The notes under the pieces: model-generated | What the model was told of the DNA's origin: nothing | The model's input: the letters and a program-made list of their open reading frames with translations, nothing else | The model's database searches: none | Shown: one piece after another, positions 7,827-18,700 of the stretch | Layout of the letters: each line of letters starts with the position of its first letter | Position numbering within the stretch: position 1 is the stretch's first letter | Position numbers and translations under genes: made by a program | Source of the DNA: a virus | IMG/VR virus record: IMGVR_UViG_3300046543_000386 | Location: 2,754-66,753 of that record | Strand: one strand, 5' to 3' | Length of the DNA stretch: 64,000 bases

Positions 7827-9684
7827 ACAGCCCCGCCGCGTGCAGCCGCGCTTCCAGCGCCGCGATCTTGGCCGATTGCTCGGAGATCAGCGCCACCAGT
7901 TCCTTGGTCACCTGCGGGAACAGCGCGCTCACCAAGCCGCCCTGATCCACCCCGACACTGACCGGCTTGTCGATGTTGTTGCCGTCGAGCCTGCGTGTCG
8001 CCTGCGGCATGATCGCTTCGATCTCTTCAGCGACCACACCCATCTTGCGCTGGCCGGTGGCGATGTCGGTGTAGTCATAGCCGGTGATCGCCAGCGTCAG
8101 CGCCAGCGCGCCCGCGATTGGCACCAGATCCTTCTTGCTCTCCCTGGCCGAGTTGACGATCCACCCGCCATAGTTCCAGGCATAGGCTGCGTTGGTGAAA
8201 ACATACGGCCACCCGGCAACGCCGATGACCACCCCGCCGCCGCCGGAATACATGTGGGTGTCTTGTGCCTGCGGCATCAGAAATTCGTTGTAGCAGCGGA
8301 GATTGATTCCGACATTCACATCGGCATGGGTGCTGATTGATCCATTATTCACGTAGATGTTGCCGCCGATGTCGAAGTTGCCATTGACCCCCAGGTGGCC
8401 GTTTATTTGCGCCCAGTCCCAGGTCTGCAAGGCCTGCGCGTACACGACGTTAGTGACGTGGCAATCCCAACCGCAGTTGATGTTGTTGCTGGAGTTGACC
8501 GTGCCCGCCTGCAAGGTGCCATCGATGTTCATACTGCCGGTGGAATGCATGTATCCGGCGGTGACCGCGTTGGGGGTGGCGATGTTGCCCGCGATGTTGG
8601 CGCTGCCGCGAATGCCAAAGTTCGCGCCGCCGTCGAGCGACATGTTGATACGGCCCGCGTAATCCACCCACCACCAAGATCCGGTCGATCTTTGATACTG
8701 CTGCCTCCAGCCATCAGAAGCATGGAATATGTAGTTGTAGTCGCCGCCCGTCGTTGCGTAGTAGGAAGAATTGTTGTTGTAGGAGAAAAACGCATTCTGG
8801 GTCGCCAGGGTGTTGGCGCCCTGCGCGTTGCCTGCGGCGTAGGTGTGGGTGGCGCTGAGGTTTCCCGAGACGTTCAGGTTCCCGGCGGTGTCGGCGGAAA
8901 ACCGAATGCGCGGGTTGGTGGCATCGTAGACGCCCCAGGTGCCGCCCGACGTGCAATAAGGATAGACCGTTCCATAGCCGGTGCGGAAATACAGATCAAC
9001 CTCGCCCAGCCCGGCGTTGCCGATGCCGATGCTGGTGTTGAACTGCACGCCGCCCGAGATGTTCAGGCTGCCCGCACTCACGTTGCCCGCAATGGCGGCG
9101 TTGCCACCGCCAGGACCGGCCGTGAGCGACAGATAGCTGGCCGCCAGGGTGTAGGTGCAGGAGATACTGCCCAGAGATGTCAGTGACGTGCCGTCCGACG
9201 TCAGATTGCCGTTACCATAGAAAAACCCGGCGACGTTCTGCTGGATCGCGCCGTTAGGCCCAGACGGCGTCGAGGTGTTGACCGCGAGCACGATGTTGAA
9301 CCCGTCCGACAGGATCTCGGTACGTGCATTGGTCGGAACGGTCACCGTGGCGCCGCCACCGGTTCCGGCATAACCGCTGGCAAAACGCAGGACGAAATTG
9401 CCGGTGGTGTAGTTGGCAACCACCCACTTGCCGCCCACCCCGGAGGGAATCACGTAGGTGATGTTGGCGGACATCGTTCCGGCAATCGCAATATAGGACG
9501 GCTGATACTGCGCCACCGACAATACGACATTGCCCGACACGCCCGTGGCGTTCAGGTTCGTGGTGCCGCCCATCACGGTGTCGAGGGTAACCCAGTTGCG
9601 GTTGACCGGTGAATCCCAGGTATCGACAAGATCGCCATGGCCGGGCGATTCGAGGTTCTTATTGGCGCTGAATGTGCTGGCCAT
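7825..9684 (-). CDS. tail fibre/spike with C-terminal peptidase S74-like chaperone domain
   Basis: N-terminal virion-anchor-like segment (DTWDSPVNRNW...LD), G/N-rich beta repeats, C-terminal NSARESKKDLVPI...MGVVAEEIEAIMP plus coiled coil. Confidence 0.8.
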   Translation of the reverse strand: MASTFSANKNLESPGHGDLVDTWDSPVNRNWVTLDTVMGGTTNLNATGVSGNVVLSVAQYQPSYIAIAGTMSANITYVIPSGVGGKWVVANYTTGNFVLRFASGYAGTGGGATVTVPTNARTEILSDGFNIVLAVNTSTPSGPNGAIQQNVAGFFYGNGNLTSDGTSLTSLGSISCTYTLAASYLSLTAGPGGGNAAIAGNVSAGSLNISGGVQFNTSIGIGNAGLGEVDLYFRTGYGTVYPYCTSGGTWGVYDATNPRIRFSADTAGNLNVSGNLSATHTYAAGNAQGANTLATQNAFFSYNNNSSYYATTGGDYNYIFHASDGWRQQYQRSTGSWWWVDYAGRINMSLDGGANFGIRGSANIAGNIATPNAVTAGYMHSTGSMNIDGTLQAGTVNSSNNINCGWDCHVTNVVYAQALQTWDWAQINGHLGVNGNFDIGGNIYVNNGSISTHADVNVGINLRCYNEFLMPQAQDTHMYSGGGGVVIGVAGWPYVFTNAAYAWNYGGWIVNSARESKKDLVPIAGALALTLAITGYDYTDIATGQRKMGVVAEEIEAIMPQATRRLDGNNIDKPVSVGVDQGGLVSALFPQVTKELVALISEQSAKIAALEARLHAAGL

Positions 9685-9695
9685 GTCCTGCTCCG

Positions 9696-12600
9696 TTATA
9701 TCGCCCTGTTGGCCACCTCTAGCGCATGCGCCACCGCACTGTCGTGCATCCCCAAGAGCGGCTTGGTGCTCTGGTTGACCTCGCGCCGCGCGGTGTCCGC
9801 CGCACTCATCAGGCGTTGCACGAGGTGCTCATGCGTCTTCCTGCCGACCGCGCCACCCCCGGCGCGCTCGATCCGCCCGCCCGTGGCCGCCGCCCGCGTG
9901 GTGGGGAAGCGCCGCATATGCCCCGTCACCTTGTCGGCATACTGTTCCGCCGTTTGCCCCCCGTTCATCGCCAGGGCGTTCGCGTCCATCTGCCCGGCCG
10001 GGTTCCCCGAGTACCAGTAGCGGAAGAACGCCCGCAGATCATTGTTGTGGTGCGCCAGGAAGTCGGCCTTGTCGCGCTGGAAGATCTCGTCCTGCACCGC
10101 CGGGGGGGCGTGCCGTGCCAGCTTGTATTGCTGGCCGATGCCGTATTTCTGGGTCAGCCGCGCCCAGGTGCCGGGCATGATCTGATAGGCGCCGCTGGCG
10201 CCCCGGCCGGAATCATTGCCCGCTTTGTAAGGGTCGCGTCCATGGGCTGCCTCGCCGCCGGTTTCCTGCTGCTTGACCGCATATGCAACCGGGTCCTTGT
10301 CGGCGCTCACATGCTTTGTGCCCTGGTCCTTCTGCGCGTAGGCGCCCACCGCGTTGCCCATCATGTTCATCTGCGCCAGACCGCGTCGGTAGGTGACCGG
10401 CGCGTTGAGCGTGCCCCTGGTGGCCAGCCCCACGGCGCGCCTGATCGCCCCAGGCGCCGCTTTTGGCTCGCGCATCGTGCGCATTATCTTGCTATGGGCA
10501 TGCTTCGTCAGGCCGTATTCCACCAAGCCTTCCAACAGCGCCCCGGAAGCTGCGCCCACAAGGCCGGGCGCCACCATATGCCCCAGGATGCCGCCGATGA
10601 TCTTGCGCTGCATCGGCCCGACCATGGACCCCAGGATCGTCGGCTTGGTCGCGCCCTTGATAGGCTTCTTGGCCAGCGCCTCCTGAAATCCCCGGGACGC
10701 GGTGATCAGGCGCAGCCGCGATATCTCCTCGGGCGTGAACACCTTCGACGCCAGCCCGGTGGGTCCCATGTGCTGCTTCAGGGCCTGCTCTGGCAGCGCC
10801 GCGAGGCTGTGCTTGATGTTGGTGTTCAGGGCCTGCATACGCCCCGCCACGCCCGCTTGATCGCCCCCCTGCAATGCCGTCTTCAGCTTGTCGTAAAGCG
10901 CCGGTCCCTTGGTGGCGTCCAGCAACTGCTTATTCATCCCCTTGCCGGTCGCCTTGTAGATCGTGTCATCGGCTGATGGCGCGCGCAGCTTGGTGCCGGT
11001 GGGGGTCTGCGCCTTGAATAGCTGGCCGGTATGGGTGCCAACCTGAACGCCCTGCGTGGTGGCGGTGGCGCTGGAGGGCAGGAAGGTGTTCATGTGCGCC
11101 TTGTTCGCGGCGCGGGCGTCCGCCATCGTCTGCACCAGACCGGCGGCTTCAGCGGGGTTCGCCACCGCGCCCGTGCGATCCAGCAGCATTCTTGGCTGGC
11201 TGGCGGCGTGCTCCACCGTCTCGTCAAACCCGTCGATTACCGCCCGCAGCCCGGCCCGGTCGGAGCCATCGGCCTTGTGGAACAGATCGTTCAGTTGCTG
11301 GCGCACCCGCTCGGTCACCCGCAGCGGCACGTTCCCGGCAGCCGTAGCCCCGGCACGCATTTCCCTGGCGATGGTGTCGATGCCCGCCATGGTTTGCGGA
11401 TAGGCGCCGCTGCTAAGGGCCATGTAGGGGTCCCTCGCGCCTGCGGTCAGGAAGTTGCCCGCCACCAGCTTGTCTTCGATTTTCGGAAGGATGGTGGCGC
11501 CGGGGAAATGCACCTGCAACGCGTTGGCGTCCAGGCTGTGATCCATAGCCGACACCAGCCCGTATTTGGCCTGCACCGCATTGTGGCTTTGCGTCGCCGC
11601 CTCATCCAAGGCACGGCCCAGCACGGTATGATCGGGTGTCGCGCCCCCGGCGATGTCTTGCACCCCCTGGCTGAACAGCTTCTCGTTGTTATCGGTGACG
11701 CGCTGGAGTTCAGGATGCATGGTCGGATCGTCTAGCTTGCCCTTGATGATGGGCACCGCAGGCGCCACGCCAGGGGCCGCCGACTGCATGATGACGGCGC
11801 GCGCGGCTTCCGGAGAGGCCTTGCCCTCGCGTGCGAAGATCGCCGCAGCGGCGGCATGGTCCGTGATGTCGGCGGCCGTCACCGTGCCATTGGACGCGGT
11901 GCGCAAGGCGCCATCGGCGGCCGCCGTCAATTGGCCGCCAGGGGTCAGGAACCGCCCTGGGTTGCCAGCGGTGACCATCTTGGCCCCGGCTCCCGCCGCG
12001 CCCAGCACCGCCTTGCCCGCCACCACCGCCGGGTTCAAGGGGTCTACCGCACGCCCTACCGTGCCCACCACCTTGGCCGCACGGGCGAGGCCGGGGATCT
12101 TCCCGGCAATTGACTCGCCGCCCGTGAGCAGCACCGACGCGTCCATGGCGATCTCGCCAGGGTTGTTGGCGAACGCCGTGAAGAAATGGTTCAGATCGGT
12201 ACCATACGTGTCCTTCTTTTGTTCCCAGTAAGCCTGCACCGGCTTCATCGCTTCCTTCTGTTCCGGCGTAAGCTCCTTGCCTTGCGCCTGATCGATCATC
12301 GCGTTGATGCCGGTGCCGAAATTCCACACCCCCTTGGCCGTATCTATGGGGTGTGCCACCGCGCCGACCACGCCCTTGGTTTGCGTCCAGATGCTCGGGA
12401 TCAGGTTGACGGCGAACGCCTTCATCTTGTCGATGTTGCTGGAATCATCCGTCACCGGCATCATCGGCTTGTATTCCGGCTCGGTCTGCGGTGACGGCTT
12501 CTCGGGCGTCGGTTTCTCTGCGGGCGGCGCGGTCGATACCGGGGTGGGCGCCGGGGCGGGCTTCCCCAGACCGGCCGGGGCGGCCGGGCGCGCGCTGGGG

Positions 12601-12776
12601 ATCAGCCCGGCTTCCTCAAACGGATCCCGTTCAGCAGGCGCCCCCTGTGACGTGGGCGCGACAGGCGCCGCCTGTGCAGGTGCAGGCGCGGGCGCGGGGG
12701 CAGGTGCCGCCGACTGATCCGGCGCGGGCGGCCCCGGCGAAACCAGCCCGGCATCTTCGAAGGGATCACCTGCCAT
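9696..12776 (-). CDS. internal virion/ejection protein with C-terminal lysozyme-like (lytic transglycosylase) domain
   Basis: Ala-rich 1026 aa; QQETGG...ASGAYQIMPGTW...PAVQD...WYSG motif. Confidence 0.72.
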   Translation of the reverse strand: MAGDPFEDAGLVSPGPPAPDQSAAPAPAPAPAPAQAAPVAPTSQGAPAERDPFEEAGLIPSARPAAPAGLGKPAPAPTPVSTAPPAEKPTPEKPSPQTEPEYKPMMPVTDDSSNIDKMKAFAVNLIPSIWTQTKGVVGAVAHPIDTAKGVWNFGTGINAMIDQAQGKELTPEQKEAMKPVQAYWEQKKDTYGTDLNHFFTAFANNPGEIAMDASVLLTGGESIAGKIPGLARAAKVVGTVGRAVDPLNPAVVAGKAVLGAAGAGAKMVTAGNPGRFLTPGGQLTAAADGALRTASNGTVTAADITDHAAAAAIFAREGKASPEAARAVIMQSAAPGVAPAVPIIKGKLDDPTMHPELQRVTDNNEKLFSQGVQDIAGGATPDHTVLGRALDEAATQSHNAVQAKYGLVSAMDHSLDANALQVHFPGATILPKIEDKLVAGNFLTAGARDPYMALSSGAYPQTMAGIDTIAREMRAGATAAGNVPLRVTERVRQQLNDLFHKADGSDRAGLRAVIDGFDETVEHAASQPRMLLDRTGAVANPAEAAGLVQTMADARAANKAHMNTFLPSSATATTQGVQVGTHTGQLFKAQTPTGTKLRAPSADDTIYKATGKGMNKQLLDATKGPALYDKLKTALQGGDQAGVAGRMQALNTNIKHSLAALPEQALKQHMGPTGLASKVFTPEEISRLRLITASRGFQEALAKKPIKGATKPTILGSMVGPMQRKIIGGILGHMVAPGLVGAASGALLEGLVEYGLTKHAHSKIMRTMREPKAAPGAIRRAVGLATRGTLNAPVTYRRGLAQMNMMGNAVGAYAQKDQGTKHVSADKDPVAYAVKQQETGGEAAHGRDPYKAGNDSGRGASGAYQIMPGTWARLTQKYGIGQQYKLARHAPPAVQDEIFQRDKADFLAHHNNDLRAFFRYWYSGNPAGQMDANALAMNGGQTAEQYADKVTGHMRRFPTTRAAATGGRIERAGGGAVGRKTHEHLVQRLMSAADTARREVNQSTKPLLGMHDSAVAHALEVANRAI

Positions 12777-12779
12777 CGA

Positions 12780-15700
12780 TCATCCCCCCGGGTTGAAATA
12801 GCGGCCCATATTATCCACGCCATACCGATCTCGGAACAACCTATCAATCTGTTTCTGCGTGCCCTTGCCGCTCTGGATCAGATCCCAGGCTTTCTTCATC
12901 TCGGGATCGAGCAGAGCGCGCTTGATGGCGGTCGCCTCTGCGTTGTACTGCGACTGCGGATTGCGCTCTTCGAAGGCCCGTTCGAAGTTGTTGCCATAGA
13001 TGCGGATTGGCCCAGGTCCGTAATGGGGCGCGTATTGCTGCTTATCCAATGCGCGCTGATTGCCAGAGGCAAACGTCCCAGCGATTTCCGCCGCCGCTTG
13101 CGGCGTCATCTGCCGGTTGGGGAATGCGGCCATAAGCTCGTTAAGCGCTCCTAATGATCTCTGATCGCCCAGCCGCGCCCGGTCGGAACCGTTGATCGCG
13201 TTCAGCTTGCGGCTGATATCTTGCAGCGTGTCAGCATCCCCGAACCCTTCGAAGTCAGGGAGTATTGCTTTTGCGTAAGTATTCACCGTCTTGAGTATGG
13301 CGGAGCGCGTTTCGCTTTGCGCTCCGGGGGCGTTCAGAACCCGCTGCGCCCAGTTCACGTCATTCGGCGGCGCGGTCAGAGACTGCAACAGCGGCACCAG
13401 GGTGGGACGCGCGGCACGTGACATATCTGCGGCGTCGCCAATGGCGTGTATCTTATTGACAGAGTCCGCCTGATATTTTTCGGTCATGCCGGGAGGGGCA
13501 CTCATCGCCGTGCGCCTGTCTTCGTCCGCATAAGCGTCGGTATTGCCGCCAACATTCACCCCGGACAACGGCACGGGTGTGGCCGGGCGCGGGGTCGTGT
13601 CAATCGGCTGGCCGCTCCCAGGCTGCGCGGTGGCAGAGCCTGGAGCGCTCCCTACCGCCGCCCCGCCACCTTCTCCGCTCCTCGTGTAGCGCTCCTGATG
13701 CGCCAGGAAGTCGGATGTCGGAATGAGTTTGTTCCTGCGGTCTACGTTGTCGTAAACCTCGGTCATGTAGCCTTCCGAAGTTCCCGGCATGTAGAACGAC
13801 GACGCCCGGCGGTTCGCCTGCTGCTGCGCCGTAGTCTTGGCCGCTTGTGCCGCACGCTCCTGCATCTGGCTCTGCACGTTCTCATAGGCGCCAGCGGCGC
13901 CGCCGATGCCTTGCAGGATGGCGCTACCCAGGTAGCGGCTGGGCGAGGACGCCATGGTGCCGATGCCGGTGAGCAGCGGCATCAGCCAGTCCTGATTGCG
14001 ACTGATCCAGCCCGGCTTCTCGTCTCCCCCGCCCTGCTGCTGTTGCTGCTGTGGCTGCTGCTGCGGCGGTGGCACCAAGCCTGCGGGGGCGGCAGCAGGT
14101 GCCGCGCCAAGCCAGGGCTGATTGCCGGGAGGGGGCGCAGGAGGCGCCTGGGGGCCAGGGGCGGGCGCCTGGGGGGAGAACCCGTCAGCCGTGCCAAACC
14201 GCCCCACACGCTGATCCACGCCCGCCGCAGGGGGTGGTGCGCCACTGCCCGTGCTGCCCACCATGAACGCGGGCTGGCCATCGACCGTGGCACCCGGCGC
14301 TGACGGCTGCCCCCAGGTATTGGGCACGCCCCCGCCAAGCCCTGGCGCGGGGATGCTGGGGGCGTTGGCGGCGTAATCGAACCCGGCACCCACCGGGGTG
14401 TAGCCACGCCCGGCACGTGCCGCTTCCAGGCTGCGCGCGTTCAACTGGTCCGCGACGTTGTCATTGCCCGCCAACCCCGGCCGGGGCGCGGCAGGTGCCG
14501 CAGGCGCGCCAGCGGCTGTGGTTGCAGGCGCACCCGGCTTGGCCGCGACGGCAGGCGCCGCAGGGACTGCCGGTGCAGCAGGGACTGCCGGTGCGGGGGT
14601 CGCGGGCTTGCCGGGCGCTCCCGCGTTCGTCGGCGGGGGAATCTCGTCTTTTTGCGGGAACAGGATATTCCGCAGCTTAAACCCGGCCTCCTCCACCGGA
14701 TTTTGCGGTGAATAGGGTGCGTTTTTGGCCGCCGCCATCTGCGCTGGCGTGGGCGGCACGCCCGCCGGGCCGCTCTTTTCGTCAGGCTTCGCGGCGCCCA
14801 GGCCAAGTTCCAGCGCTCTCGCCCTGGTTGACGCCTGCTCGCCTTCACGTTCATGCGGCGCCAGCCCTGGCTGGATGGCCGGGGTCCATTCCTGCGCCGC
14901 TGGCGGCTTGTCCTCGAAATGAGGTGCTGGCGGGCGCACGGCGGTGTTGCCAGGAACAATTGCACGCCCCCAGCGCGCCAGCTTGTCATCGAAATTCGGC
15001 CCCGCCATCCCTCGGCTGGCCATGATGGCTTCGACGGTGTCGCGATCCGTGCCGTAGCGCTGGGGATAGCGCCACGCCTCGCCAAATTGATCGCGGTTCC
15101 AATTTGCCGTCTGAAATTCAAACGGCTTGCTGGGGTCGAAATCCGCCTGCGGCCCCTGTCCGGGGGGCAGCGGTGGCGGCGGCTTGAGTGTCCGCTTTAT
15201 TTCCCCCGTATCAGGGTCGCGATATTCCACCGTGTCATCCGGCCCCGGCGGGCGTTCGTCAGGGGTCGCCATCCTGACCTTGGGCACAAGGCCGGGCGTC
15301 GGCGTGACGGCCTCGCTCGGCGGATCTCTCCGCGCTTGCGCTTCCTTGGTACCTTCAACCACCGTGGGTTCGACCATCCGGCGCGACACCGCCGCCGGAT
15401 CTTCTTTAAGGATCGCTGTATCTGGTTTGGCCTCGGGCAGCGGCTCGGCCTCACTGGGTACCGCCTGCGGCGGCAGCGAGCGCGGCACCAGACCCCGGTT
15501 TGACTCCAGATTGGGGTCAACGTCGGGGGTGCTAGGAAGCTCGCTGATCCACTGCGCGTCGGTGTTGTCGTCCGCCGTGGGGCTGCCACCTTCACGGAAT
15601 TTGCGCCGCCTGCGAGCCTTGATGTAGCCGCCGCTCTTCGCCAGCGCCACGAGCAGCAGGGGCGCCACTTCCGCAGCGGTGGCAGCACCTGCCGTTGCCG

Positions 15701-18700
15701 CCGCCGTGGTACCTGCCGCCGCAGCCGCAGCCGCTTCTGAGGCCGCCGCCGCTGCCGCCGCCGTGGCGGCTTCGCCCGCCCCCGCGCCCGCGCCCGCCGC
15801 AGCGGCGTCGCCAGCAGCCCCGGCGGCGGCGTTGGACGCCATCATCGTGGAAGGTGCCGCCGCCTCGGCCGTAGATCCCGCCAGACCCCCTGGAACCTCG
15901 CCCGCCTCGGCCACAGGCGGCGTGGGCGGCGTGGGCAGCGGCGCCGCGTTCATGGGGGGTGAAGCGCCGCCGGGCGGCCCCAGCGGCTCTGCCGTGACCG
16001 GTGTGGTGGGGCTAGGCGCCCCCAGCGGCTCCGATGTGACCGGCGTGGTGGGCGCGGCATTGCCGGGCGCCACTGACGGGTTCGTGCCGGGCGAGGTCTT
16101 GCCCAGGAAATTGCGGCCAAACCAATCCGATTCGTAAATATTCTTGCCGGTCTTTCCCATCTGCACGGCTTGATTGGCGGTGCTGATGGTCTGCCCCGCG
16201 CCACCGCTTGGCGGCGCGTGCGGCAATTGCGCCACCTGCAAGGCACGATCCTTGTGCTTGTCGTCCGTCACGCCAGCTTGCCCCATATAGCCGCCTTCGT
16301 CCTGGCTGTAGGGCAAGCCGCCACCCGCCAGCCCGACGCGTCCGCCATGGGCCTTGCCGAACAACATGCTCTGGAATGTCTGCGTGATCCCCGGCCCCTC
16401 GGGCGGCGGCGGCGGCGCCTTCATCAGTTCCTTCCGCTCGCCGTCGGTCAGATCGTCAATGCCGGGCTGATCCATGTAGCCGCCACCAGCCAGCCCGACC
16501 CGGCCGCCAGCGGCACTGCCAAACACGTCGTGGTATTTATCGCTCACCCAATTGGTCGCCTGATCCCACAGGCTCGGATCGGGTGCCGTAGTAGCGGTCG
16601 CGGGCGCCGCCGTGGATGGGGTGGCAGGCGCGGGAGGTGCCAAGCCCGGCGCGGGCGTCGAGGGCGCTCCTGGCGTGGTCGTGCCGATGATTTTGTTCTT
16701 GTCCTTGTCGTCCCAGATATCCTTGCTGCTCTTGTAGAGCTTGGTGAGATCATTGGCGGTCGAGACGCCCTCTTTAGCCCCCGCACCAGGGTCCGATGCC
16801 TTGGGAAGGTCCGCCGTCAGCAGCTTGCGTGTGGGCGGCGCGCCATCGGTCGGCACGTAGCCGGGCTTCTTGCCGCTGTACAGGCCGGTCTGCCAGCCCT
16901 TCATGATGGGGGAAGCGTAAGGATCTACGGCTTCAGCTTGGCCGCCGCTGGCGCGCACCAGCCCGCCCCGGTAATTGCCGCCACCGCCGCCGCCCTCGCT
17001 GCCCGTCCAGTTATCGTGCGCGTCAAGGTTCACGGGCGCCGCTACCGGGGCAGGATCAGGCGCCTTGGCGGCAGGCGCCGCCGCCTCGGGGGCTTTCGCG
17101 ACCGGCGCCAGGGCGGCCGGATCAGGCCCCTTCAAGGGCGCGACCGGCGTGCTCGCGGCGGGGGTGGGCTGGGCAGGCGCCGGGGTTCCGGCTTCAGGTA
17201 CCGGCGGCAGGTTCCCGCCCGCCACCCCCGCCACCGGATCGGCTTTCAGCCGGGCGAAGGAATCCTTCGACGTGTCGGCGTAAGCGCTGACGGCCTTGTT
17301 CAGATCGGCCATGGAAAAACTCGGCAGGCTGGCATCATCCAAGGAGGCGCCAAGCTTGGGCAGGCTGCCACTGACCGGCCCCGGCGAGGGCGGCAAGCTC
17401 GCAAAGGCCTTGTCCACCGCACCGGTATAGTTTCCGGCGGCAAGCCCGAGATCCGGCCAATCGCCGGGCACGGCACCACCGCCAGCGGCAAAGCCCGGCC
17501 TGCAATTCGCCGCCTGCACATTGGCGGGGATCGGGGTGCTCGATGCCGACGTCGTGCCCTTGGGGGTGTTGCTGATGGCGGGTGGCATGGTTGCCTGGGC
17601 CGCCTGAGAATTTGCCGCCTGCTGCGCGGAACTGAAGCTGCTCATCACGTCTTGCGGGACCGGAGTGCCCGGCGCCGATGTCGTGCCCTTGGGGGTGTTG
17701 CTGACGGGCGGGCTGGGCCTCCCGGTGAAGGAGTTCATCAGGTCGGGCGGGATCATGGTGCTGGTGGGGGATGCCGTGCCCTTGCCAAGGGCGCTGCCGC
17801 CCATGGCGAAATGCCCGCGCTCGGCGGCGCCCCGCGTCGCCTCGTCGTAATCCACCATCTTGTAGCCATGCGCGCCCAGGCCGACCGCGTCCGGGTGATG
17901 CCGCTCAGTATCCTGCGCCGACAGGCCGATCTGATGCCTCGGATCGCCCTTGTAACGGAACTTGATGATGTTCTGCCCGTCGAAGGTTTTGCCGATAGGC
18001 TCGATGTCTTCCTTCAGCCGCTCATCGGAGAAGAACGACGACGACTGCGACCCCGTGGTTGACGACCCCGACAGCGCGCCCGTGCCCTCCGCGATGTTGG
18101 CGAGGAACTGCGAGGTCTGGAACGGATAAGCCTGCTGCTGGAGGAACTGGTTGTAGAGCGCCGACAGCCCGGCCTGATTGGTTTGCTGCTGTACCTGCCC
18201 GGCCGCCATCTGCGCCTGCGCGCCCTGCAATCCCGCCGTCTGCGACCCGGTGCCAAGATCCGCCAACTGCTTAGAGGTGTTGGCGCCCTCCGTGTATAGC
18301 TGGTTGCCTAGCGCCGCCTGCTGCTGCGCCGTGGTGGCGCCCTGGCCAAACGATTGCTGCGCCGTGGTGCCCAGCCCCTGCGCAAGCTGGTTGTAAAGCC
18401 CCGATTCCTGCCCGGCGAGTTGCCCGTAGCCTTGCGCCGTCTGCGCCCCCTGGCCGTAAGCCTGCTGGCCGATATTGGCAAGCTGCTGCCCGGTGCCGGT
18501 CATCTGCGAGTAAAGCTGCTGGCCGGTATTGGCCATCGCCTGCCGGTTGGCCTGCGAGGCGGCAAGCTGCTGCCCCTGCTGCTGGGCCGCCGTGTTCTGC
18601 GCCTGGGTATATCCCGATTGCAGAACATTCGCGAGTTGCTGCTGGTTGGCCATGTTCTGCTGGTAGCCAAGATTGGCCTGCGCTACCCCCGCGCGGTCGC

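Noticed and set aside
14441-15121. Same-strand alternative-frame ORF inside the 2191-aa gene
   Set aside because: Arg-rich frame-shift composition and no RBS, unlike the nested ORF at 48728-49030
16170-18062. 630-aa plus-strand ORF
   Set aside because: Arg/Gly-rich antisense ORF expected in high-GC DNA; no motifs
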